A stretch of 64,000 nucleotides of DNA, taken from the NCBI GenBank assembly GCA_964654645.1, contig CAZZJO010000048.1, forward strand, positions 400-64,399, read 5' to 3'. Source of the stretch: an uncultured Verrucomicrobiota bacterium (GTDB taxonomy: Bacteria > Verrucomicrobiota > Verrucomicrobiia > Limisphaerales > CAZZJO01). The position numbers and the translations under genes were made by a program. How positions within the stretch are numbered: position 1 is the stretch's first letter; every line of letters begins with the position of its first letter. The notes beneath the pieces were generated by a model. That model was not told the origin of the DNA and did not search any database. It saw nothing but the letters and a program-made list of their open reading frames with translations. Below, piece after piece: positions 20,604 to 31,700 of the stretch.

Positions 20604-21287
20604 TCAAGCTTGCCCACTCATAGATAAATCTGCGAAGGGATTATTAAGCGCTGTAGGATTTTTAGGGTTAACTGCTGGATTTGGTGCGGTTGTGTTGGAA
20701 ATCTTATTAGAATTTTGGGCATTGGAAGGGGCTGATTCGGTTGCGAAAGGATTTTTTGCCCGCTTTTGGCGAGGCAACGGAGTGACGACGGTATGAATTA
20801 CACGGCCGTTGAGTTTGGGCTCGAAATCAGCTTGTCCAAAAGGAGCCAATTCTTTTAAGAACCGCCGCATCACATCGAAACCAAATTCGGTGTGTTCCAT
20901 TTCCCGCCCATGAAACCTCAGCGTGAGTTTAACCTTCATATCATCACAGAGGAACTCAATTGCATGACGCAACTTTGTAGCGAAGTCATGGTTTCCAATA
21001 TTTACGCTAAGTTGGATTTCCTTCACCCTTTGAGCAGCTTGATGTTTACGGGCTTCTTTCTCACGTTTGGCCTGCTCGTACATGTATTTGCCATAATCCA
21101 GAATTTTACATACAGGGGGGTCAGCATTTGGGGAAACCTCCACTAAATCCAGACCGTAAGACCTGGCAGTTGCCAGAGCCTGTGCAATCGGCATAACACC
21201 TAAGTGTTTGCCGTTAGGATCTATGACGCGCACCTGCGGTGCCTTGATTCTGTTGTTTACGCGAGGTTCAGTACCAGCTTGCGCCAT
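20604..21287 (-). CDS. infC: Translation initiation factor IF-3 with Asn/Pro-rich C-terminal extension
   Basis: IF-3 N-domain: NNRIKAPQVRVIDPNGKHLGVMPIAQALATARSYGLDLVEVSPNADPPVCKILDYGKY. C-domain: KEIQLSVNIGNHDFATKLRHAIEFL..VKLTLRFHGRE. Start is uncertain: ATG 21287, an in-frame ATA a few codons upstream, or TTG 21314. Confidence 0.9.
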   Translation of the reverse strand: MAQAGTEPRVNNRIKAPQVRVIDPNGKHLGVMPIAQALATARSYGLDLVEVSPNADPPVCKILDYGKYMYEQAKREKEARKHQAAQRVKEIQLSVNIGNHDFATKLRHAIEFLCDDMKVKLTLRFHGREMEHTEFGFDVMRRFLKELAPFGQADFEPKLNGRVIHTVVTPLPRQKRAKNPFATESAPSNAQNSNKISNTTAPNPAVNPKNPTALNNPFADLSMSGQA

Positions 21288-21493
21288 GCGTCTTTTTATT
21301 GGTTGGCTTTGCAAAAGTTTGTGTGTTGTTGATGATTAGCAGTTTCGAATAACATCACGGCTATCTTTACCGGATATTCTAAAAAAACCATAAGGCAAAC
21401 CGATGTTCTCGTAACCCTAGGAGTTTTCGTGAGTTCCATGCCAATTTTCTTGTCGAGGGGAAATACTCAGCATATTGCTTCAATTATACAACG

Positions 21494-22543
21494 TTACGCA
21501 GGTTGGAGATTTCGTTTGGCAAGTACAGCATCGATAATCTTTTGCATTAATTCCGGGTTTTCAGCCAACACCTTTTGGGCCGCTTCCCGACCTTGCCCAA
21601 GCATCTGGCCACCGAATGCAATCCAAGCGCCTTTCTTCTCCAGTACACCCACATCCAGGGCTACGTCGATCACACTGCCCTCTTTATTGATACCTTGATT
21701 AAAGAGAATGTCGAACTCCGCCTCAGCAAACGGTGGAGCCAATTTGTTTTTAACTACCTTAACTTTCACGCGATTGCCAATTGTATTTCCAGCAGCATCC
21801 TTTATCACATCTTTACGCCGAATATCAAGCCTAACACTAGCATAGAATTTTAATGCTTTTCCACCCGGAGTCGTTTCCGGGTTTCCAAACATCACACCCA
21901 CTTTTTCCCGAATTTGGTTCGTGAAAATACAAGCTGTCTTTGCTTTCGCAAGTACTGCGGTTAATTTTCGCAATGCCTGACTCATTAATCGAGCTTGCAT
22001 TCCCATGGGGGCCATACCCATCTCCCCTTCCAATTCAGCGCGGGGTACCAGAGCAGCTACCGAATCAATTACGATCACATCTAAGGCATTTGACCGCGCA
22101 AGCGTCTCACATATAGTCAACGCCTCTTCACCGCTATCGGGCTGCGAAACCAACAGGTCGTCAAGGTTTACCCCCAGCCTCTTCGCATATGCAGGATCCA
22201 ATGCATGTTCTGCATCAATAAATGCAGCTAGCCCTCCTGCCCTTTGTGCGTTTGCAATTACGTGTAACACTAAAGTAGTCTTACCCGAGGACTCAGGTCC
22301 GAATACTTCTACAATTCTACCTCGCGGAATACCACCTATCCCAAGTGCTAAATCTAGGGAAAGCGCGCCAGTGGGTATGACGTCTATCTTCATTTGCGCA
22401 CGGGCATCCCCCATCCGCATTATGCTCCCCTCGCCATAAGTTTTGGTAATAGTTGCAATCGCTGCCTCTAACTCTTTCTGCCTATTAATCCGTGCCTCAG
22501 CTGGTTTACTTGTTGTGTTTTTCTCGGGGGTTTTCGAAGCCAT
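21494..22543 (-). CDS. recA: Recombinase RecA
   Basis: Walker A: [10 protein letters not shown]. Also [54 protein letters not shown]-type blocks. Start placed at ATG 22543 (MASKTPEK...); the track start is TTG 22564. Confidence 0.97.
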   Translation of the reverse strand: MASKTPEKNTTSKPAEARINRQKELEAAIATITKTYGEGSIMRMGDARAQMKIDVIPTGALSLDLALGIGGIPRGRIVEVFGPESSGKTTLVLHVIANAQRAGGLAAFIDAEHALDPAYAKRLGVNLDDLLVSQPDSGEEALTICETLARSNALDVIVIDSVAALVPRAELEGEMGMAPMGMQARLMSQALRKLTAVLAKAKTACIFTNQIREKVGVMFGNPETTPGGKALKFYASVRLDIRRKDVIKDAAGNTIGNRVKVKVVKNKLAPPFAEAEFDILFNQGINKEGSVIDVALDVGVLEKKGAWIAFGGQMLGQGREAAQKVLAENPELMQKIIDAVLAKRNLQPA

Positions 22544-22642
22544 AAAGTGTCTCCAACTCGACAATTGCTTCCCTAGTTCCAGCTCACAAATTTATTTCCA
22601 AGCCGTTCAAAGCGAATTCCCAGGTTGAGTCACTTTCTGTAA

Positions 22643-23287
22643 TTATTTAGGGTATCCCACAGGTTGCGTTAAGACAACCTTTTGGTTTGCCCCCAATTTC
22701 AAAGCTTCCGCAATCCCGTTCCTGTCAATATTACCCAATACCACCGTTGCCAAACCCTCCGACGCGCAATAGAGGTAAACATTCTGTGAAACATACCCTG
22801 TATCCGTAGCAGCATAAAAAGCTTTATCACTTTCGGCCATGTTCCCAAACCGGTCGTAATTTGCCACAAATACCAAGACCACTGGCGCTTCACTAACAAA
22901 CGGCTGCCGCCCCATCTTTGCCCGGAGATCCCCTTCAACCACCGGTTCCAAAATGTTACTCTTTGCGTTGTAAATATACGCTCCTTTCGCCATTACAACA
23001 TAAATATCGATCTCCTGACTATTCCGCGCCGATGGTGCCGTGCGGTGCCCAGTCGCAGGTCTGTTTATACCATTGGCTGCCCACAATAAATCACTTACCT
23101 GTTGCAAGGATAACTCTTTAGAACTGAATGCCCTTGTCGATTTACGTTCTTTCAAGGCTTGCATTAACGGCTTGCCTCCATCAGATCGGGGCGCCGGAAG
23201 TTTAACGGGCTCTAAACCATTTGCCAGTAGATTGGCCGCAATCGCAGCTCCAACAACAACGCCCAACAAATTCGATAGCCGTGCCAT
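22643..23287 (-). CDS. Nitroreductase-family protein with N-terminal signal/anchor
   Basis: Hydrophobic N-terminus (LLGVVVGAAIAANLLA). Nitroreductase-fold pattern: RKSTRAFSSKELSLQQVSDLLWAANGINRP...PSARNSQEIDIYVV...GYVSQNVYLYCASEGLATVV. Confidence 0.75.
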   Translation of the reverse strand: MARLSNLLGVVVGAAIAANLLANGLEPVKLPAPRSDGGKPLMQALKERKSTRAFSSKELSLQQVSDLLWAANGINRPATGHRTAPSARNSQEIDIYVVMAKGAYIYNAKSNILEPVVEGDLRAKMGRQPFVSEAPVVLVFVANYDRFGNMAESDKAFYAATDTGYVSQNVYLYCASEGLATVVLGNIDRNGIAEALKLGANQKVVLTQPVGYPK

Positions 23288-23853
23288 AATAACTAAATCT
23301 TTTTGCTAGGTTTGCATCGAGTTATAAAATTTGTCAAGCTTGCCAATGTACCCTGCTAGCGCTTGGAATTCATCCCATGCTTACATAAAAACCGCTTTAC
23401 TTGTATTGACCACAAACGTACCTCACAACCTCTGGTCAAAAAACTTGGCAATGTTACATTTAAGTTAATTTTTAGCTCTACTGCTTTAAATACTGGAACC
23501 TCCCATTCCCCCCCTCAAATAATGCTCCGCGTTTTGCCCCCCACTCTTTACACAGTGGGAATTTTACCGTCTCAATCTTACTCCCGAAAAATTAAAACCG
23601 CTAAAACGTGAGCCGGCTTCGCGAAGGACGAGTTTGTTTACTCACAGGCATATGCTTAGAGGGTACCAGCTTCATTTCCAAAACAACTGATTACACGGTG
23701 GGACCAGTATTTGGATGCAATGATTTGAGATTGGATGATGGGAGCAACTTACTACCCTCCCAGAGATCAAAGGCATCCTTGCAATTAAAGTAACCCACGA
23801 TTGTATTTCATTAGAGGCTGAGTTTAATGCTTTAAGAGCAGCGAAAAAAACTG

Positions 23854-23881
23854 TTGACAAAATTGGGAGTTATTCCACAAT
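23854..23881 (+). promoter_or_regulatory. Candidate sigma-70 promoter for the PEP-CTERM gene at 23954
   Basis: Perfect -35 TTGACA (23854-23859), a 16-nt spacer, then CACAAT (23876-23881; 4/6 match to TATAAT). It lies about 70 nt upstream of the ATG. This is a sequence match only. Confidence 0.3.
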
Positions 23882-23953
23882 ATATTTACAGATTTTAGAA
23901 GATAGGCCGGCTACCCTTATTTAAAGTTGACCACAAATCAGGTTCAAAACACT

Positions 23954-24964
23954 ATGAAAAAAACATCCATCCAGCTAGTACTAGGCTTAGCAATAATCAC
24001 GGGAGCTTATCCCACCTTAGCAGCAACAGTCACAATGGAACAATTAATCAGGGCTTGGGGGCTCAATCCTTTGGCATACGAACCATTCGATTACGAAGCA
24101 GGAGTTGGACTCGACGGGAACTGTAATGGAGGGTATGGCTTTTCAGAGGCTTGGGTCCCAAACCTTCCCAGCGGGGGGAGCCTCAGTAACCAATTGATTA
24201 CTGCGGGTAGTCTGTATTACACGGACGCATACGGCAATACAGTTATGGGTATTGGCAATAAGGTTCATATCACAGGAGATGGCACCGAGGCAGGGGACAA
24301 TACGGGAGGCGCTCGAGCGAATGCTCAACCTAGAAGGGCATTAAGCTTCCAGCGGGGGAATGAGAATGATAGTACTTGGGTAGCATTCTTGGCGGTTAGA
24401 ACTGGACTCCCTTATTTGTATACCGACGGGGCTGGTAATGAAATCTATTACGGTCGCGCTACCTCCGTGCAATTGTTCCAAGGTGCCAATAGTGAACGAC
24501 TCACAATTGGCCGGGCAAGCCAAAATGGCGAGCCAACAAATACTACACCTAAAGACACATGGGCGTTGATTAATAGAGGGAGCCCCGCTTATACAAGCCC
24601 AACACCAGTCCCATTGACAAATGTCCCTCCAAATTCCACTGCAAACCTGATCATTGTGCGGATTGATCACCAGGCTGGAGACGATAGAATTAACGCACCC
24701 GACACCGCTTACATTTGGATTAATCCCGAAAACATTTTCAATCTCCCAACTGAAAACGCCTTAGCTATTAGCTTTGCGGGATCTGGGGAACGAGATTACT
24801 GGTTCGATACAATCCGACTTTTTGCAGGTAATTATAACACCACCGTTGGTTATGGATCAGCAGACATTGACGAAATCATAATTGCTGTCCCCGAACCTAC
24901 CACGCTTGCTTTATTTGCAATTTGTGCTGCAGCAGCGCTGCACTGGCAGCGGAAGAGATCGTAA
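23954..24964 (+). CDS. Secreted PEP-CTERM-anchored protein (lectin/LamG-like body)
   Basis: Signal peptide: MKKTSIQLVLGLAIITGAYPTLAATV. C-terminal PEP-CTERM signal: VPEPTTLALFAICAAAALHWQRKRS. Start placed at ATG 23954; the track start is TTG 23927. Confidence 0.75.
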   Translation: MKKTSIQLVLGLAIITGAYPTLAATVTMEQLIRAWGLNPLAYEPFDYEAGVGLDGNCNGGYGFSEAWVPNLPSGGSLSNQLITAGSLYYTDAYGNTVMGIGNKVHITGDGTEAGDNTGGARANAQPRRALSFQRGNENDSTWVAFLAVRTGLPYLYTDGAGNEIYYGRATSVQLFQGANSERLTIGRASQNGEPTNTTPKDTWALINRGSPAYTSPTPVPLTNVPPNSTANLIIVRIDHQAGDDRINAPDTAYIWINPENIFNLPTENALAISFAGSGERDYWFDTIRLFAGNYNTTVGYGSADIDEIIIAVPEPTTLALFAICAAAALHWQRKRS

Positions 24965-24999
24965 TTGTCATAAAACCTGTATACTCCCCTTGGGATGAG

Positions 25000-25042
25000 G
25001 GGGCGATCCTACCTCATGAATAGGATCGCCCCTATCTTTTTT
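25000..25042 (+). terminator. Rho-independent terminator after the PEP-CTERM gene
   Basis: Perfect 12-bp stem: GGGGCGATCCTA (25000-25011) pairs with TAGGATCGCCCC (25021-25032). The loop is 9 nt and is followed by TATCTTTTTT. Confidence 0.65.
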
Positions 25043-25522
25043 CCCACAACTTAGTTAGAAAGCCAAAAGGAAGTAACAACCTATAAAATCTCACCCTAAA
25101 GATCCCCTGATAAATGCTGTAAATTCGTTCAGAATTGAGGTAAAATTAAGGCACGGCTTACGGGGTTGGAAAAAACCCAACAACCTGTGCGTAATTCGTT
25201 TGATTACCGGCAAAGTTAGAAGTACCCACCTCGACGAGATTCGCGTAAAAGCCGTCATTCAAAAGCGGTCTCCAAAAGTCCACCTAGTTTTTGCTTACCC
25301 TAAAAGTATATGTGCCATGCAGGAAGGCCACCTTTATCCCCCAGCCTTTAGGAATACCCGGCTGCTTTTCAAGGTTCGGGGATATTAGAATTGACGACTC
25401 AAACCGGAACTGGTTTGTGGAGGTTCCCGTTTCAAAAGGGATAATCAGGTCCCAAAATTCTGGGCCGCCGATCGGATTTAAAAAACTTGTCAGTAGCCAG
25501 CCCGCATTTACCCTTTTAGAGA

Positions 25523-26662
25523 ATGCAAAACCGGCCGAAAAAAAAGAAACTTGCAACAAAGAAAGTAAATAGGCAACGGCGTACTGCCAAAAAGGCTAAA
25601 AAGAGGAAACTCTCAGCTAAAGCTCGGAAAACAAAATTTAAAAAAACGGCAGTAACTGAGGAATCACAACCGAAAGCGTTTAGTGAAGCTGCACCCATTT
25701 CTGAGATCTCCTTTCAGACTTCGGAAGCATCAGGACAAAGTTCCACTACACATGAGACACTTCCCCAAGCGGAAGAAACACTTGAGCAGGAGAATAACCT
25801 CAGTAGACCTGAAGTAGAAGAACAGGACGAAATCCCGTATGACGCGGATACAGCAATTAGGTTATACCTCCGCGAGATTGGGCAAATACCTTTATTGACA
25901 CCTGAACAAGAAGTGGAACTGGCTGAACGAATCAAAAAAGGCGACGAAAAGGCTCGCGAACAAATGATTAAAGCCAATCTTCGCCTAGTAGTAAAAATAG
26001 CAAGGGATTACGAAGGGTTGGGCTTGCCATTACTCGACCTAATTAGCGAGGGTAATATCGGATTAATGAAAGCGGTGGAACGATTCGATCCTAAGAAAGG
26101 AGGGAAACTTTCTACTTACAGTGCGTGGTGGATCAAGCAAGCTATTAAACGTGCGCTTGCCAACCAATCAAAGACTATTCGACTCCCAGTTCACATGGTC
26201 GACAAAATCAGTAAGCTTCGTAAGCTTGCCCATAAGCTTGAAGAGGAACTTGGGCGAGAACCCACAGACGAAGAACTGGCCTTTGAGTTGGGTACGACTC
26301 CTGCCAAAGTAGCGTTCATGCGGCAAGCGGCTATCCGGCCTGCGTCTCTTGATGCCCCAATCGGAGACGAAGACTCAAATACATTTGCAGAGATTGTCAA
26401 AGATGAACGTGCCACTGACCCTGCTACGTTTTTAGAAGACACCACAACGAAATCGATGTTACAAGAATTGCTTAAAAAATTAGACTCACGCGAGGCAACG
26501 ATCTTGACAGCACGTTTTGGATTGGACGGTAACCCGCCCCAAACTTTGGAAGAAGTTGGTCGCAAATTTGGCGTTACACGCGAACGAATCCGGCAAATCC
26601 AGAATGCAGCTTTGAAAAAGTTGCGTCGGATGATTGAAAAACTCGAAGCCGAGAAATCATAA
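25523..26662 (+). CDS. rpoD: RNA polymerase sigma-70 family factor (RpoD-like) with lysine-rich N-terminal tail
   Basis: Region 1.2: IRLYLREIGQIPLLTPEQEVELA. Region 2: DLISEGNIGLMKAVERFDPKKGGKLSTYSAWWIKQAIKRAL. Region 3: IRLPVHMVDKISKL. Region 4.2: TLEEVGRKFGVTRERIRQIQNAALKKLR. 379 aa, with a single in-frame ATG upstream of region 1.2. Confidence 0.9.
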   Translation: MQNRPKKKKLATKKVNRQRRTAKKAKKRKLSAKARKTKFKKTAVTEESQPKAFSEAAPISEISFQTSEASGQSSTTHETLPQAEETLEQENNLSRPEVEEQDEIPYDADTAIRLYLREIGQIPLLTPEQEVELAERIKKGDEKAREQMIKANLRLVVKIARDYEGLGLPLLDLISEGNIGLMKAVERFDPKKGGKLSTYSAWWIKQAIKRALANQSKTIRLPVHMVDKISKLRKLAHKLEEELGREPTDEELAFELGTTPAKVAFMRQAAIRPASLDAPIGDEDSNTFAEIVKDERATDPATFLEDTTTKSMLQELLKKLDSREATILTARFGLDGNPPQTLEEVGRKFGVTRERIRQIQNAALKKLRRMIEKLEAEKS

Positions 26663-26669
26663 TTCTTTT

Positions 26670-27215
26670 ATGAACAGTGCGAAGATTACACCGGCGACAC
26701 CAGAAGAAATAAAGGCAGCCATTCGGAACATCCCAGATTTCCCCCAACCGGGGATTCAATTCAAAGATATCACCCCGGTCTTGCAAGATCCTCGATTATT
26801 CGCAAGCTCCATTGAGCTACTGATTGGAGATTTAAAACCGGGAATGGTCGACGCGGTTGTGGGCATTGACGCTCGTGGTTTCATATTTGCTGCTGGTGCT
26901 GCTCTCAAACTTTATGCCGGTTTTGTCCCTATCCGTAAAAAGGGCAAACTCCCTTACAAAACACATGAATTAACCTACAACTTAGAATACGGCACAAATA
27001 CTATTGCCATTCACGTGGACGCACTTAAACCGGGAGCACGAGTGTTATTAGTGGATGATTTACTGGCAACGGGGGGGACAGCCGCAGCAGCAGCAGAACT
27101 GGTAAAACAATTGGGTGCCCAAATACTCGAAATTGCTTTCCTTATTGAACTCACATACTTGGGAGGCAGGGAAAAATTGCGCGATTACCCAGTACGAACC
27201 GTAATCGCGTTTTAA
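26670..27215 (+). CDS. apt: Adenine phosphoribosyltransferase
   Basis: IRNIPDFPQPGIQFKDITPVL, VVGIDARGFIFAAGAALKL, and the PRPP motif VLLVDDLLATGGTA. The ATG at 26670 lies 7 nt after the rpoD stop. Confidence 0.93.
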   Translation: MNSAKITPATPEEIKAAIRNIPDFPQPGIQFKDITPVLQDPRLFASSIELLIGDLKPGMVDAVVGIDARGFIFAAGAALKLYAGFVPIRKKGKLPYKTHELTYNLEYGTNTIAIHVDALKPGARVLLVDDLLATGGTAAAAAELVKQLGAQILEIAFLIELTYLGGREKLRDYPVRTVIAF

Positions 27216-27415
27216 ACCTAGGGCCTTTTACGAGTCGGGCTTTTCGACAATATCTTACGTCCAATTTACGCCTCCTACGAAACAGCAATCCCCTTGCGGC
27301 CAGTTGACGGTGCACCTTGGGTCTTTGGATGAATGCCAGCCATAAAATATGTGACGAGTGACTGTTTACTCCACGTGGTAACCAGATGTTTAATAACCCC
27401 AGAGTAGCCTTTCTT

Positions 27416-28492
27416 TTACGACCTGTAGGGAGGTAAAAATCCTTCCGCTTTCGACAATGCCTCGTATCCCGTCAATAAAAGTTTTTCTGTGGTTTCCCAA
27501 CTAATGCACGGATCGGTGATAGACAACCCATAGACGAGGTTTTCCTTGGGCTGAGGGAATTGCTGATTACCTTCCTTTATGTAGCTTTCCAGCATCAATC
27601 CGATCACCGACCGTCTCCCTTTGATTCTTTCCTGGATGGTACTATTCCAAACGATTTCCTGCCCCGCTGGTTGTTTACCCGAGTTAGCATGACTACAATC
27701 AACCATTAAGACGGGTGGTAAACCTGCCTTTTTCATCTTAGTTTCCGCCTCCTCTAAGCTAAGTGGGTCGTAGTTAGGCCGATCCTTACCACCACGTAAA
27801 ATGATATGTGTGTCTTCGTTCCCGGAAGTTCTAATTACACTGGTTACACCGTCAGCATCTATTCCCAGAAAACTATGTGGTTGACGCGAAGCTACCATTG
27901 CGTTGATGGCGGCATCCATGCTGCCATCAGTACTGTTCTTAAATCCCACAGGCATTGAAAGACCACTCGCCATTTCACGGTGTGTTTGGGATTCAATGGT
28001 TCTTGCTCCGATCGCAGCCCAACAGATCAGATCCGCTATGTATTGCGGGGTGATGGAGTCCAAAAACTCAGTCGCGGTAGGTAACTCCATAGCGATGATG
28101 TCAAGCAACAACTGCCGAGCCAGTCGCAACCCTGTCTCAATGTCATGCGTGCCATCCAAATGAGGATCGTTTATTAGCCCCTTCCATCCCACCGAAGTAC
28201 GAGGTTTCTCAAAATACACCCGCATCACCACTTCCATCCGATCAAACACCTTTTCTCTCAATCGGCTTAATCGGCGAGCGTAATCAAGTGCACCTTCAAC
28301 ATCATGAATTGAGCACGGTCCCACCACTACCAAAAGCCGTGGATCTTTTTGGTGGATTATTCCTTTGATCCGTTCCCGGCTTCGGTACACAATCTCTGCA
28401 TGTTTCTCAGTCACAGGTAATTCCTCCCGCAAAACCCGAGGAGGTTTTAACCTGCAAACTTCGCGTACCCGTATGTCAGCAATGCGATGCAT
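27416..28492 (-). CDS. aroG: 3-deoxy-7-phosphoheptulonate (DAHP) synthase, class I
   Basis: 358 aa with LLVVVGPCSIHD, YFEKPRTSVGWKGLINDP, GARTIESQTHREMASGLSMPVGFKN, MVDCSHANS. The isozyme assignment (F/G/H) cannot be determined from sequence. Confidence 0.92.
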   Translation of the reverse strand: MHRIADIRVREVCRLKPPRVLREELPVTEKHAEIVYRSRERIKGIIHQKDPRLLVVVGPCSIHDVEGALDYARRLSRLREKVFDRMEVVMRVYFEKPRTSVGWKGLINDPHLDGTHDIETGLRLARQLLLDIIAMELPTATEFLDSITPQYIADLICWAAIGARTIESQTHREMASGLSMPVGFKNSTDGSMDAAINAMVASRQPHSFLGIDADGVTSVIRTSGNEDTHIILRGGKDRPNYDPLSLEEAETKMKKAGLPPVLMVDCSHANSGKQPAGQEIVWNSTIQERIKGRRSVIGLMLESYIKEGNQQFPQPKENLVYGLSITDPCISWETTEKLLLTGYEALSKAEGFLPPYRS

Positions 28493-28712
28493 TTACAAAA
28501 AATATAATAGCACGGTTAAAATACAGTTTAAACCCAAAAACTTCCCCTTGGCGGCTTTATTGTAAGGCAAACATGGGTGCTCATTCCTCTTGCTCAGCCC
28601 CAGCAGTCACTGTTTTTAAAACCAAAGTGTGAAAAGAGGGACCATTTTGTAGGCTCAGCCTAACAAATCCCACTTGGTGGAGGACGCAGTTAATGTGTAT
28701 AAATTAACCGAC

Positions 28713-31700
28713 ATGCTTGTGGAATATATGCGCGTAAAACCCAGAAGTTTCCCTGTATTACAACGCAGATCCAGCTCTCTTATTATTTTAGCCACCCTTT
28801 CAGCCACATTGCTCGCCACACCACTAGAAAGTCAAACGAATAGCCCATACCCCACTGTAGAAGTTGCGCTAGATGGCCAACTGGTGTATACACTTAGCGC
28901 TCGAGGCGATCGCATTCCCGATTTCTCCTACTGCGGCTATTTTGGAGGAAACAAACAAATCCCAAACACTATACCAATCAAAGTGGTTGTTACCCCAGTA
29001 GATGGCGATAACACCCCACGGTTACAACAGGCCATCAATTATGTGGGGAGCTTGCCCGTAGACAGTAATGGATTTCGTGGATGCATACTGCTAACCCCAG
29101 GCCGATTTTTACTCAAAGGCCGCCTTACTATTACAAACTCAGGAGTTGTGCTTCGGGGTTCTGGAATGAAAACGAATGGGACCGTTTTATTATTTGCTGG
29201 ATCCGATAGAGGACCAGCGATTCGTCTGTACGGGGCGCGCCCAGCTGCAATAGAGACAAATGTTAATTGGAGGGTCACAAATGACTACGTTCCGGTGGGA
29301 ACCATGACGTTTTGCGTTCTCGATACAACAGGACTCCACCCTGGAGATCGAATCTTCATTACCCGCCCTTCCACTTCTAATTGGATTAGATTCCTTAAAA
29401 TGCACGAACTAGGAGGTGGCCTAGGGGGATGGAATCCAGGCAGTCGCAACGTGACGTGGGACCGAGCTATTGTAGCCATTTCAAATAACCAGGTGTGGAT
29501 TGACGCACCTTTGACTCTCGCCATAGAACAGCAGTTTGGCCAAGCAACAATAAAACGGTACCTTTGGCCTGGCCGCCTAACCAATTGTGGAGTCGAAAAT
29601 TTTGTCATCCAATCGAGCTACGACCACACAAATCCAAAGGACGAGGATCATATTTGGCACGGTGTGACATTCGAAAATGCGGCAGACTGCTGGGTTCGAC
29701 GCCTATGCTTCACACATTTGGCCGGGTCAGCAGTGGCTGTTTACGAAACCGCATCCAGAATTACCGTCCAAGATTGCATTTCAGAAGCCCCCGTGTCTGA
29801 AGATGGCGGCTATCGCCGAAACACGTACTTTACGATGGGGCAACAAACCCTCTTCTTACGTTGTTACGCCGAGTATGGTCGACACGACTTTGCCGCCGGT
29901 TACTGCGCCGCTGGTCCTAATGCATTCGTCTGTTGCGAAGCTACATTGTCAACCCGTCCCAGTGGTGGGATTGAAAGCCTTGCGTGTGGAATACTTTTCG
30001 ATAATGTCACCGTCGATGGAAATGGAATATTCTTAGCTAACCTAGGTGGGACCGGTGGAAGGTTTGGTTGGGGTGCAGTCAACTCGGTGCTTTGGCAATG
30101 TAGTGCATCGATTGTCCGTTGCGACCAACCACCCGGAGCATTTAACTGGGCTTTTGGATGCTGGGGTGAGTTCGACGGCGATGGCTACTGGCGAGCCTCA
30201 AACGAAAGTGTAGAGCCCGAAAGTTTGTACATAGCCCAGCTATCAGAGCGACTGGGGAAAGAAAATGCCGGTCAGATTATACTTCCACCGAAACCGCGGG
30301 GTGGAGAAAGCAACCCCACACTCGAGCGAGCCCAACAGCTAACACAAGAGTCGATTCACCCCAGTCAAAGCCTTAAGGCGTTTATTCTAGAATTAACCTC
30401 GAAAGAACCTCTTCCCTTGAACCCCAACGGTGCTCCAAGCATAGACCATATCGGAAATACCACAACTCAATCCACCTCAACCAAGCAGCACAACCTAATA
30501 ATAACAAATGGATGGTTGGTTATCGAGGATCGACTTGCAATAGGGACAATTATCTCGGTTGCATGGTGGCGCGGAACGGTAAATCCTGAAATCGCCCCCA
30601 CTCACGGCGTGGCGTTAACTCGTTTCATGCCTGGGCGGATTGGGCGCGGCTTCACTGACGACCTAAACGAAGTAGCCGACTATCTCGAACAAGAAGGAGC
30701 CGTAGGCTTGGAACACAACCACGGTCTATGGTACGACCGCCGGCGCGATGACCACGAACGTGTCCGTCGTGCCACTTCGGATGTATTACCCCCTTTTTTC
30801 GAACAACCGTTTGCACGGAGCGGGGTTGGAACCGCTTGGGACGGACTAAGCAAATATGATTTGACCCGGTATAATCCATTCTATTGGGCTAGACTGGCTC
30901 AGTTTGCTACTATCTGCGATCAGCGAGGGCTAATCCTATTCCACCACCACTACTTTCAACACAACATTCTAGAAGCCGGGGCCCATTGGGCGGATTTCCC
31001 ATGGCGATCTGCAAATAACATCAATAATACCGGCTTCCCCGAACCCCCGTACTATGCTGGCGGGAAACGTATCTTTATGGCGGAGCAATTTTACAACACA
31101 AATCACCCAACCCGCCATCCGCTCCACGTCGCCTATATCAATCAATGTCTAAACGCGTTAGCCACAAACAAAAATGTTATACACTTCATTGCCGCAGAAT
31201 ACACAGGCCCTCTACACTTCGTGCAGTTTTGGATCGACGTAATCAAGTCGTGGCAAAACACAACTGGTATTGATCCGATTGTCGCATTAAGCTGCACAAA
31301 AGACGTGCAAGAGGCAATACTTGAAGACCCGCTTCGCTCAAAATACATCGACGTGGTTGATTTCAGGTACTGGTGGCGTACAGAGAAGGGCGAATTTGCC
31401 CCGCCTGGCGGCAAAAACCTTGCCCCACGCCAATTCGAGCGACAATGGCGGGGTAGTCGACCTACAGACATCGACCTCGCTCAAATGGCAGCCGAATTCA
31501 AAGCACGGTATCCGGAAAAAGCCCTAATTTGTGCCTTCAATAGCGCTGGCTGGGCCTGGCTATGTGCAGGCGGATCTATCCCCCGCCTCCCTAAACAAAC
31601 CGACGAGTCTCTTTTGAAATTTGTGCCCACGTGTGCACCCGCGAAACATGTAGCTCTACCCCCTCGGACGTTCGCGCTCAAAAACACAAATGACGAATGG

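Noticed and set aside
20578-20796. 72-aa plus-strand ORF overlapping the infC 3' tail.
   Set aside because: It is antisense to the low-complexity tail of infC, has no recognisable motif, and has the composition typical of a shadow frame.
22005-22439. 144-aa plus-strand ORF inside recA. Many similar antisense ORFs appear in the track, e.g. 4640..5095 in gap, 42897..43439 in the FG-GAP gene, 46311..46700 in recG, 33142..33522 in GH2 and 26191..26565 in rpoD.
   Set aside because: All lie antisense to, or out of frame within, strongly supported conserved genes. They are Ser/Pro/Arg-rich and have no motifs, so they were treated as shadow ORFs.
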